Below are positions 1 to 10,320 of a stretch of 64,000 nucleotides of DNA, piece by piece (the first letter of the stretch is position 1; each line of letters opens with the position of its first letter). The position numbers and the translations under genes were made by a program. The notes under the pieces were generated by a model that ran no database searches, was not told where the DNA came from, and worked only from the letters and a program-made list of their open reading frames with translations. The stretch comes from Azolla caroliniana (lineage: Eukaryota > Plantae > Polypodiophyta), in NCBI GenBank assembly GCA_043228905.1, contig JBHGNT010000009.1, positions 4,650,001-4,714,000 on the forward strand, written 5' to 3'.

Positions 1-583
1 AAAGGAGTGTTGAATGATTTACATGGAAGGAAAACTTCCTTCCCAATAAATAATCCCGAAACTTTGTCACACTGTAGATCATCCCTAGAGCTTCTCGTTC
101 CGTGGTAGAGTAGTTCCGTTCTGCTTGGGATAGCTTTCGGCTGGCATAGTACACTGGCCGGTACCACTTTGGCTCCGTAAGCTGCATCAGTACGCTTCCG
201 ATTGCGATGTCGGAGGCATCCACGAACACATGAAATTCTTTACTCCAATCCGGAGGCTGCACTACCGGTGCTTGCGACAATAGTACCTTGAGGGCCCTAT
301 ACGCCCTATCCTCGGTGTCAGTCCACTGGAATGATGTCCGATGTACGGCAACATGCAACGGTGTAGCCAGGTCGGCCAAGTATCGGAGCATCTGGCTGTG
401 CCACCGGATTTGGCCTAAGAACTGGCTTAATGCCTTTGCCGTTGCCAGCGCCGGTGCTTCTAATATGGCTTTCACTTTGTCCGGGTCGACTGCAATACCT
501 TCCTGGCTCACAATATGTCCTAATAGAGTTCCACTGGACACGCCAAATACACACTTTGCCGGATTCAAGCTTAGCCGGTACGC
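1..583 (-). pseudogene. Ty3/gypsy (Athila/Tat-type) pol fragment, RT C-terminus to RNase H (element A), cut by the window edge and by insertion of element B
   Basis: Minus-strand translation gives RLSLNPAKCVFGVSSGTLLGHIVSQEGIAVDPDKVKAI...ERNYSTTEREALGMIYSVTKFRDYLLGRKFSFHV. This parallels the pol at 10413-13913. The sequence stops abruptly at the TG of the LTR at 584. Confidence 0.9.
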
Positions 584-1235
584 TGTCGCGTTGCTACGCG
601 TGTGTGTGGAGAAACGAGGCGGGACCACCGGGGTCTTGAACCGAAGAGCAGGTGATAAGAGGGGAAAGAGAAAGAGAGAGACGACCGGTTACGTATGAGC
701 AAAGAAACACAGGGGCACGGCCCGTCAATGCAGAAAACACGAAGGGACACAGAGACAGAGAGACACGAATGTTTGTATATTAACAAATGACACAAAACAG
801 CAGAGCACACGAGCGGTTACAACCGAACAGGCCGGCGAACAGATGCCGATGCCTGTTCGTCTGCGCACGAAAGGGGATAGGATGGAGGTGCTGCCGGAAG
901 CACACGGGCGTTCCTCGAAGCAGCGCGAGCCTCCCGAAATCTTGTAGAGAAGAGCGGTGGAGAATGAACAGAGGAGAAGCGTTCGGTTACGGTTCGACAG
1001 CACTTCGTCCTCCTCAATGCGCCGATCCCCTTCTCCCTCACGTCTCCCTCCCCTTTATAGCTTCAGGAAGGGAGCCGTCTCCCTCATTTACTTCCTACCT
1101 ACCGAATCTAACTACCCTCGGATATGCCTATGTACCTAATTCCCTATTATATACATTAAAGGGCGTGCACGCGTGAAGAGCCGGTTCACGCGCGCTATGC
1201 ACCGATTGCGCTAAGGGACGGTTTTCTTCACGACA
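584..1235 (-). repeat. 3' LTR of element B (652 bp)
   Basis: Termini TGTCGCG...CTTCACGACA. Adjacent to the PPT. Minus-strand TATA-like CTATAAAG near 1053-1060. Shares terminal motifs with the LTRs of D, E, F and I. Confidence 0.85.
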
Positions 1236-3075
1236 TCCGCCCCCACCTAACCGCACATCCACCGGTATGCGCCAAAATTGTGCTCTGGTTGGAGAAAACC
1301 GGTCCGAGTTCCGGTTCTTCGTCCACCGGTTCGTCCTCCGTTTCGGATTGTTCGTCGTCGCTTTCCAGGCCTCTTAGATCCGGTTCGCCGTCGTGGCGCT
1401 TCTTGAACGCTTTGATCCGCTTCCTTGCCACCGTTATCGCCATCCTCGTACCGTCGAGTTCCGCCAGGTGATACGTCTTGTTGTCGTTGGCGCTCGTTAC
1501 CACGTAAGGCCTGAACCACCGCTTTGCAAACTTCCGTGTTGCCCGGTGCTGGTTGTCGAGGCTGTTGTCGTAGACTAGCACCCAGTCGCCTTCCTCGATT
1601 TTCTTTGGTCGGAGCCAGTGCGTTTGGTCGAACTGGGCTTTGTTCCTCATCCTCGCCGTCCGAAGTCTTTCCGCCGCTCGGTCCACGTCCTCTGGCCTTC
1701 ACTCGAGCTGCCGTATACGCGCCGCTAGCAGTTCTTCCCGGCTCATCTCGTCTCTCCAGTCCACTGTCGCCCAAGAGGAGATCGTCCGTTCCATCGGCAT
1801 GATCGGCTTCTGTCTGAACATGAGCTCTAACGGCATGAACCCGGTTACTGAACTGTGTGTTGTCCTGTCCACCCACAAGGCATAAGGTAACAGTCGTGGC
1901 CAGTTCCTGACCTGGCCTCCGCATGCCCGGACTAACGCTTTGATGATCGGTCCGTGTCCGCGCTCCACCTTCCCGTTCGCCTCCGGATTGTATGTTGTGG
2001 TGAGCGAGAGCTTGATCCCTAACCAGTCGAACAGCTCCTCGGCCTCTTCGACGTCCAACTCCCCGCGGTTAGCCACGATCTTCCTGACGCACCCGTACCG
2101 GCATATCACATCCTCGATCAGGAACCGACACACGGCCGCGGTCGTTTTGTTCTGCAGGGCTCGGCCTTCCACCTGGTTCGTCAGGTCCTCCCAGGCCAGC
2201 ACCAGATATCACATTTGCCCTACGCCCATCGACATTGTCACCAAATCTACCATCCATTTGAAGTGGACGGCCGGAGGGTATGTAGGGTGAAGCTCGTCCC
2301 GATGTCGGACTATGGAGTGTATCTGACAGCTCTCACAAGTTGCCACGAACCGATGCACGTCCCGGTACAGTCCCGGACACCAGTACTTCCCCTTTAGTTT
2401 CTCGAACGTGGCCCACGTTCCACGGTGTCCAGCCCAGGGGCTGTCGTGGTAGGCCTTCAGTAACTCCTCTTGTTCCTCCTTCATCGCCACTACTCGGAGC
2501 GGGATGTCGTTTCTCTTCTTCGGGTGCTTCCACAAGTATTCGTCCCGGAGAAAGAATCGGTACGCTTTCTTCCGGATCCGGTTGGCCTCGTCCTTTGTCC
2601 ATGACGCGTCCGGCGTCATCGTCCTTAAGAATCCTCCAATCTGCAGCCACTCCCCATCGTACTTGCTCTCGTTAAAATCGTTAAGCGCTGGAGTGCTCCC
2701 CCCCTTGGTTGTTACGTAAGCCGCCTCGAAGAAGTCCACGCCGACTTCCTCGTCCTCCGAAACCATGCCGCCCTCGTCGTCGAATCGCGCCCTCGAAAGC
2801 ATGTCGGCCATGGCATTGTCTTTCCCGGAAATGTGTCGTATTTCCGGATCCAGGGACTTGATGTACGCTATCCACCTGAGCATTGCCAGGTCCGGGGTTG
2901 CGCATCCGGAAACCATGCCGAGAATCGGCAGGCAGTCCGTCTCGATAATCACCTCTGTCCCGATCAGATAGCCTTTATCGGCCTTCACCGCCGGAACGAT
3001 ACCCCAGAGTTCGCGTTTAACCTGGGCGTATCCTCGCTGTCGCTCGCTGAGGACCTTCGCACCGAACCGGATTGG
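1228..3075 (-). pseudogene. RNase H-integrase part of element B pol, disrupted
   Basis: HHCC zinc finger (HDSPWAGH...CESCQ) and core motifs WMVDLV / ANGKVERGH. In-frame TGA stops at 2209-2211 and 1699-1701. Interrupted by a solo LTR at 3076. Confidence 0.9.
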
Positions 3076-3499
3076 TGTCATGAACAGTACTGAGACAGAG
3101 AAGGAATTAGTACTAAATGAAGGATTAGTACTATGAGAGGTGTGGAACTTCTTCGAGAGAAGGAAGAAGTGAGCGAGAGAGAGAGAGAGAGAGAGAGAGA
3201 GTGATGATAAGAAAGATATTTATTATATGAAGAGAATATATAATGGTGGCTAAAAGGCTTAAGACTGGCGTTGAACCAATTTGGTTCAACATAATGCCTA
3301 GTGCCCTCTTTTATAGTGTTTTCATGAGTAATCCTGAAGCTTCTAGAATGTTCCAGAGAAATCTGGAATATACACTAATTTCCTATAATAAAATGTAAAT
3401 GAAAATAATATCCTACGTATTACAATAGATGGTCTAATGATCAAGAGCTCGACCCATATAAGCTAAGGTCATGGGTTCGAGTCTTGCCATATCATGACA
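3076..3499 (-). mobile_element. Solo LTR (424 bp) of a separate family inserted in B RNase H
   Basis: 8-bp terminal inverted repeats TGTCATGA...TCATGACA and a perfect 5-bp TSD ATTGG (3071-3075 / 3500-3504). Minus-strand CTATAAAAGAGGG TATA motif at ~3304-3316. Contains a (GA)n tract. Confidence 0.9.
3430..3484 (+). promoter_or_regulatory. Degenerate tRNA-like Pol III A-box/B-box cassette inside the solo LTR
   Basis: A-box-like TGGTCTAATGA (3430-3440) and B-box-like GGTTCGAGTCT (3474-3484), 44 nt start to start as in tRNA genes. Cloverleaf stems are only partly formed. Confidence 0.55.
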
Positions 3500-4053
3500 A
3501 TTGGGAACCGAATGCCGTCCTCATTTTCTTGGTTGACAACCCATCCGATCCCGGTCGGACTTGTATCTACCGTTATGTAGACGGGAGTGCCTTTCTCGTA
3601 GACAGCCTTCCGGAGTGCCGAAGCTGCAGCAAGAGCCTCCTTCATCTTTCGGACCGACTCCGTATGCTCGTCTCGCCACTCGAATTTTCGCCCCTTTTTC
3701 AGCAACCCGTATAGCGGCTCGGCAACGTGGGCGTAATGCGGGATCCATATGTGGTAGAACGCGCATGCTCCCAAGAACCTCCGTACGTCGCCGATCTATC
3801 TCGACGTCGCCGATCTTGACTCGCACGTTTGGGCAGGCCCCGTGTAGTTCCTCGGTGGCGCGCGTCGCCGCCCGTATCTTCCACCCGTGCTTGGTGTTGA
3901 TCGGCCATTTCCCCTTCTTGTAGAAGTCCATGGACATCAGGTTTATTTCCGAACCGTGGTCCACCAGCGCCACCACCGGTTCCTGAACATCTCCGATCTT
4001 CACCGGGGTTTCCGTGGTCGCTCGGGCCCAGTGTGGCCTCGAATAGTGGCTCT
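3500..4053 (-). pseudogene. Protease fused by deletion to the RT end / RNase H start of element B
   Basis: ALVDHGSEINLM protease motif. At ~3790 VKIGDVEIDR joins DVRRFLGACAFYHIWIPHY, skipping the whole RT core that element I retains. Confidence 0.85.
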
Positions 4054-4443
4054 TGTTGTCTGTCTGGCCGGACTAGCCTCAACACAGGTGTCTATCCGAC
4101 ACTTCTCCAAAGGGGTGGTAAGGATTGGATGCTAGGTTACACGCATAAGATGATTACAATTAAGCACAGACGGTAAACAATACGAGATACAGATAAATAC
4201 GCAATAATTACTATTGTATTACTTCCGTCAAAACACTTTACAAATCATCGGATCCTTTTATAGGCATCCGGCAAGGTTACAATCGGTGCGCTTAGGCAAC
4301 CGACATCCGAATCGGTTCGGATCCGGATCGGTACAACTGTACCGAATCCGTCCCTCTGAATAATAATTCTACTATTATTTGCTTCCTATTATCCGATCCG
4401 ATTCCGCCTTCCCACTTGTCCTTGCTCTTCTGACCGGCCAACA
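4054..4443 (-). repeat. Solo LTR of the element C family (390 bp) without a matching TSD
   Basis: Near-identical to 6604-6993 and 16399-16788. Flanks GCTCT and GTGAC do not match. Confidence 0.92.
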
Positions 4444-6603
4444 GTGACGAACGGCAAGGAGGTATCAGGCCGGCGAGGCGGCCACGAACCAAATCGGACC
4501 TTCCGGCAAGGTCAGTGGGCGTAAGGAAGTCCAGTCCTACGGGATCCCCACACTTAACCAGAGACTCCGGCAGTTCGGCCAACGTGGCAATGTGAGACTG
4601 AGAGAGAATGTTGGTGGTGGCGGGAAACGGGACCCGACTACGCGGAAGACACGAGGAGAGTCAGGGAGGGACTCAAACAAAAGACACCCGAATTTCGGCA
4701 AGCATAGAAATGGAGTCCGGTCCTATGGGACCCTCACACCGATCCGGAGACTCCGGCAGTTCGGCCAACGTGGCAACGTGAGACCGAGAGAGAAGGTTGG
4801 TGGCGGCGGGAAACGGGACCCGACTATGCGTAAGACACGAGGAGAGTCAGGGAGGGACTCAAACAAAAGACACCCGAATTTTGGCAAGCATAAAAACGGA
4901 GTCCAGTCCTATGGGACCCTCACACCGATCCGGAGACTCCGGCAGTTCGGCCAACGTGGCAACGTGAGACCTAGGGAGAAGGACGGTGGCGGTAGGGAAC
5001 GGGACCCGATGACACGAGGTAGCGGATAGGGAGCTGGTAAGACGGGCGGACGAAGTGTGAAACCCTCACCGGCCGGTTACGGTTTCGGAAGGAGCCGGTA
5101 AGGGCAAACACAGGGAGGTGTGTCAGGCCGGAAAGGCACACCTGGGACGGAACAAGAGTCTCGCAAGTGGCCATCGCGGGCCGGATCGAAGCGTGACTGC
5201 GGGACGGTGTTCGGCGCGGGCGGAAGACGGCACAAGGGAGGTGTCGGGAACGAGGTGACGTCGTGGACTGCACAGGGTCAGAGTCAAGGGATGACAAGAG
5301 AGGCCGGAGGAGGATCCTCCACACTCACTTCATAGATCTCGGGAGCTTCGTCGAAGTAGCGAAGGCTGACACGGCAAGCCCGGGGTGACAAGCTGGTGGG
5401 GGCGAGGGGACAACGGCAAGCGGAAGACTCGGGACCAGTTGCAGCAGCACGAAGACGGGAAGGGCCATGCGGGCTACTACGGGGTGTTCCTCGGGTGCGG
5501 AGGACACCAGTGTGCGGGTGAGTGGCGATGCGCGATCTGGCCGGGAAACGGGCCGACAAGGCGTGCAACGAACCGGAGTACGGCACAGCCAGTGCCAAAC
5601 AACGGACGAGTGAATGTGGCACACGGAGGTGCCGGAGCGGAAGTACGCGTACTACGGAGATCGCGGTGGAGGACCCATCGACGGGTCGAACGAGCCTACG
5701 GGGAGCTAAGCGCGAAGGAAGAACCGAAACCGACGGATCAAACCGGCAACGAGCCGGGATGCGGATTACGGAAGACCGGTTTCTCACTGGCCGAAATCTC
5801 TCACCCTTCACCGGAATTGGCACGTACCGGTGGACGTGCGGTTAGGTGGGGACGGATGTTGTGAAGAATTTCGTCCAGAGGTGGAAACCGGGAAACATCG
5901 GCTACATCGGCGGGGTGCAGCATGTGTCCTCACCCTTGTACATTTAGTGTGAATAACGAGGGCGCCTTTATGGCGCCGAAGAGTAGTTAAGGCGGGATTT
6001 ATACCACATTGTAACGCATCCCTCTCCTTGTTCTATAAAAGGAAAGGAGCGCCCTTTGTGAAGGGGTTGCCCATTTTGGCGTTAGAGGGTATACCGTTAG
6101 ATTTAGGGTTAGTTACGTTTCTTCTTCTTCTTCTTCTTCTTCTTCTTCTTCTTCTTCCCCCTTCGTGTTTTGCTTAGGGTTTGCTTTGGCTCGGCCTCCT
6201 GTGCAAGACCCCGCTCGGCGCGAGGAGCCGAGAGCTCCCCGACGGCGGCTTGACAGCAGACGATTGTTGTAACCTACCTTGGCCCGGCTCGAAGCCGGGA
6301 ATGTATTCTTCCTTTGTATATGTATACATTTGCGTCTGTCTGTGTATATTTGCGTCTCTGTTGGTGTCGGGTGCTTCCCCTTTCTTGTGTTTCCTGTACA
6401 TAAGGGCGTGAGTCGGGTCGGCATGTGCGTGTGTGTGCGTGTGTGTGTGTGAGTCGGTGTTAAGCGCGCACTCCCTCTCTTTCTCTCTCTCCCTTCGGTC
6501 GCTTCTGGTGTTCTTCAGGGATCCCCGGAAACGGTGAAGCACGACTTCCTACGCTCCATCACTCCCTAGTCCGAGACCCCCATGGTCCCGCCTTTCTCCA
6601 CGC
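4444..6603 (+). mobile_element. Element F: non-coding internal region plus 3' LTR (5857-6603, resuming 16789-16813) of the Ylt1-like family; probably non-autonomous, 5' part lost
   Basis: PPT GGTTAGGTGGGGACGGA precedes TGTTGTGAAG at 5857. TATA CTATAAAAGG at ~6033. The LTR is split by element C and ends CACGACA at 16813. No pol homology in the 1.4 kb before the PPT. Confidence 0.75.
4527..5015 (+). repeat. 186-bp tandem repeat, about 2.6 copies, inside element F
   Basis: CCGGCAGTTCGGCCAACGTGGC recurs at 4567, 4753 and 4939. Confidence 0.9.
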
Positions 6604-6993
6604 TGTTGTCTGTCTGGCCGGACTAGCCTCAACACAGGTGTCTATCCGACACTTCTCCAAAGGGGTGGTAAGGATTGGATGCTAGGTTACACGCATAAGA
6701 TGATTACAATTAAGCACAGACGGTAAACAATACGAGATACAGATAAACACGCAATAATTACTATTGTATTACTTCCGTCCCATTCCTTTACAATTCATCG
6801 GATCCTTTTATAGGCATCCGGCAAGGTTACAATCGGTGCGCTTAGGCAACCGACATCCGAATCGGTCCGGATCCGGATCGGTACAACTGTACCGAATCCG
6901 TCCCTCCGAATAATAATTCTACTATTATTTACTTCCTATTATCCGATCCGATTCCGCCTTCCCACTTGTCCTTGCTCTTCTGACCGGCCAACA
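6604..6993 (-). repeat. 3' LTR of element C
   Basis: Direct repeat of 16399-16788. Minus-strand CCTATAAAAGG TATA at ~6804-6814. Confidence 0.95.
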
Positions 6994-6995
6994 CA

Positions 6996-7011
6996 TGGCA
7001 CGCCCGTGGGA
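6996..7011 (+). other. Inverted PBS-like site (tRNA-Arg type) at the position normally held by the PPT
   Basis: TGGCACGCCCGTGGGA lies 2 nt from the LTR end. It matches the recalled Arg PBS TGGCACGCCC(A/G)GTGGGA with a 1-nt gap. No purine tract at this position on the coding strand. Confidence 0.65.
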
Positions 7012-7043
7012 AAGTGCCTTGCACTTCGAATCCACTCCCGGCC

Positions 7044-10000
7044 TCAGTCTTCCTCCAAAATATCGAGCACACTCTGCTCGATGGTGTCAAGTGGTGCTTC
7101 TTGCTCCTGTTCCTGTTCCTTGCCTGCCTGGTCTCCGACCTCCGGTTGGGTGGGCTGTTCCGTAAAAATTTGCTGCTCCGGCTCTGCTTGATTCTGTGGT
7201 GCCGGTGCTTCCTCACCGCTTCGTCCGGGTTCTTCCTGTTCTCCCTCCGTTCCTGGCTCTGTTCTGTTACCAGTGTCGCTTTTTCCGGTCTCGACTGGTC
7301 GACTCGATATGCCTCCTTCCTCTGCTCTGGTGTCTTCCGGTCTCAGCTCTTCTTCTTCTCCGGCATCGGTCCGCTCCTGCTCTTCTTCAAGTTCGTCTTC
7401 GGGTATTCCTCGTCGGGGTTGTTCGGTGTCGGTTGGTTCATCTTCAGCCGGTCGCGTTCCCTCACCAATAGTGGTTGGCGTCGTTCTTCCCTTAGCTTCC
7501 TGTCGTAACCGGTCCTGCTCGTATCTCTCCAACTCCAACTGAGTTGCGAGCTGCCCGTCATCCAACCTCTCTACCAACCCTCGGATTTCTTTGAGGTGTT
7601 CTTCTGCTAAAGTGTAGAAATCCTCCGACAATTCTTCCCGAATGGCGACGATACTTTCTTCATCCATCTTGTAGAACTGGTCACTGGTCTTCCTCCGATT
7701 CTCGGCATCCGCTCGGAGTGTCTGTAGCTCGGCTGCCTGTTGTGACCACTCCTTCCATAGCTTTTCCGTACTTTCATTGATGCTTGCCTGAGCTCGGGTA
7801 CTCCATCCTGACATGATGAGCTTGATCCGGTCAACCCCTGCCTTAGCATGCGCATAAGCTTCCTGTTTTTCCTTCCTTGCCCGTTTTATAATGTCGGCCA
7901 TTATCTGAGCCTGGGCCTCGTAATCCGCTTTCTGCTTTTCATAGGTACTCTGCAGTTTGCTGATCGTGAAGGTCGATTTTTCCTTTTCTTCATTCCTGAG
8001 CTTGGTCAGGTCCAGCTTTTCCCGCCTTAGCGCCTCTAATTCCTTCCTTCTCTCCGTTGCTTGGGCTATTTCCGCCGACAATGCTTCTTTGTTGGCACTG
8101 ACCTCATCCATCGCTTTAGCCAGGTCTAATCGGGTCTCTTTGAGCTGCTCTTTCAGCTTCTCTATTTGCCGGTCGTAGTCTGCTGCCCGTTTTTTGTTGT
8201 CCGACTCGGCCTGCTTGTGATCTCGGTAGAGACGGTCGAAGTCCTCCGTCTTCTGCTTCAGGCATCGGGTTGCCTGAGCTCTTAACTGATCGTCCCGGTC
8301 CTTCTGTTGTCGGAGTTCTTCCTGCAGTCGTTCTATCTCTTGCTCGGCATGTGGACGTAGTCGGTCCTTCTCCTTTTGCAGCTTCTCTTTTTCTTCTTGC
8401 AGTCGGTCATTAGCGGCTCGACCTTTCCGGAGGCCTTCTTCCATTTTTCGTCTGTCGTCCTCCACCGCTTTCCGCTGCTCCCTTTCTCTTTCCCTTAATG
8501 CCTCCTGAGCTTTTAACTCCTCTTGTAAGGTTTCTATTATTTTTTCGGTCTCAGGGCCGGTTTGCAAGGCTACCGGTTCCGGTTCCGGTTCTGGTTGCTT
8601 CCTTGTTGTCTCGACCGGCTCGGTGACAACTTGTGCTTGTTGAATTCCTTCCCTTGCCTGCAACAGCTCCCCTTGCATTTCCTCGATCTGTGTTCGGAGC
8701 GCGACCAACTCCTGAGTTGTTGTATGCGTCAGCTGTTGCCTACACGTTTCTTCTTTCTCTAACTGGTCCGCTACTCCCGATAACTGCTCCGAAAGCCATC
8801 TCAGCCATTGTGGCTTTGTTCTTCCGGTGTCGGGGTGGCCTTGCTCACTTAAGTCAGGCTGATTTTCCGGCCTCTTCTCTGGCTCCGGCTCCGGCGCTTG
8901 TTCCTTCTTCTTCTCTGGGATGACCGGTTTTCTGAAGTCCGGCCCAACCGGTGTCAGTGCTGCTTCCCTGGGTACGGGTTCCGGTGCTGTTTCCACCTCG
9001 GCTACTGGAGATGGTCCTTGCGCCCTCTGCTGAGTTCTGTCCACTGGTGGAGCCGGTCCTTTCGCCCGTTTCTCCCGACCTTGTCTTGTTGGGAGTCTTA
9101 CCAGTGGTTCGGATGAGTCTTCTGTTTCAGCTTCCTCCTCCGGTGCGGTTACCAGACGGACCTTTTGTATAAAGACCTCTGGTTCCGGTTCCGGTCGTCG
9201 CAGCGTTATATGGATTGGTTTGCGCACTACCGGTTCCTCCTCGGCCGATTTCCCTTTGCCTTTACCTGCCGGTTTTGCCTTTGTTGCCGGTTCCTGTTGC
9301 TGTCGGGATGGTCCTTCCCCCTGCTGTTCTGCTTCTTGCTGGGTCCATCCGGGGGTGTGTTTCTCCAAGATCTGTCAGCGCTTTGTGACCTTTTTCGGCG
9401 TCGTCTCCTGCCGACCTCTTTTCTTTTGTGTGATGGGGAGCACCGGTGGGACTAACACCGTTAGCCATTGTGCTATCCCGGCCCATGGCTTTTTTCCTTC
9501 CACAAGATTTTTGATGGCCTCCTTCAATCCTTCGGTTATGAAATGGAGCCAGTCTATTTGTAAGCCCTCGTACGCTGCTATTAAGAACACTGCCCAGTAC
9601 TTGGCTATGGCTGGGGGACGGGGATTCACGAATCCGTATTCCATCATAGCGCGGGCCACTTCTCCGAACAGCAGGTTCTCTCCGCCCTGCGTTCGGTACG
9701 CCTTGCTGCTGATAGAGTATTCCCCGAAATATTCGAACAGGATTTCACTGGAAGGGTTTTCGATTGTTTGAAGTCCTCCTGCTTTGATCCCCGTGAGCGC
9801 CTGCACCGCTCCTTCTGTGACTTCTGATATATCGATCGATGATGCCGCCTGCTCTGGTTCTGCGTGTGGTGGAGCGTCGGCGATCCGCAACAATCCTTTT
9901 AACCCGTTCTCCTTCATCCATTGGCGTGCCTCTTCCGACAGTACCATTGTTTCGAATTCTTCGTCTGCTGCCTGTTGTTCGGGATCGCGTTGTGTGTGCT

Positions 10001-10148
10001 CTGTGCGTCGGGTCGCTCTTCTGTGCTTCTGCGCCTGTATGTAGGAAAATTCGTAAAAAGTGAGCCCTTCGCAGGCCTGTGTCTTATATAGTGGGTTCTG
10101 CCTCGAGCCGCCCTTTTTCGTTTCCCGCGCATGTTCCTCTCCCGCCAT
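7044..10148 (-). pseudogene. Extra ORF3 of element C (~1030 codons, one in-frame TGA at 9375-9377): globular N-terminus, Pro/Glu-rich linker, long coiled coil, acidic tail
   Basis: ORFs 9375-10148 (257 aa) and 7044-9368 (774 aa) are in the same frame, separated by TGA-CAG-ATC (K-R-*-Q-I-L). The E/K/Q/R-rich helical region spans roughly 400 aa. Confidence 0.8.
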
Positions 10149-10320
10149 AATTAGTATGTCCTTTCTTGTTTACCGCGTGTGAGTGCCCACGTTCCATGCT
10201 TTAAATAGCAAGTACGCGCACGTCCTTTTTTAATGCATGGCGCCTCTTCATTGCATGGTGGCGCTCCCACCTCTTGTGATCTCCCCATCATTACTATGAT
10301 TCGCGTCGATTTTGCCCACG

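Larger units (their letters stand above)
584..4053 (-). mobile_element. 3' half of a Ylt1-like Ty3/gypsy element (B): 3' LTR, PPT, INT, RNase H, protease; RT deleted
   Basis: LTR at 584-1235 and G-rich PPT at 1236-1252. ORF pieces 1228-1686, 1699-2202, 2209-3081, 3469-3774 and 3521-4003 are collinear with the pol and protease of intact element I. Confidence 0.9.

Noticed and set aside
4527-5015. CRISPR-like array or protein-coding gene (ORF 4592-5029)
   Set aside because: It is a plain head-to-tail 186-bp repeat with no unique spacers, in eukaryotic DNA. The ORF has no recognisable motif.
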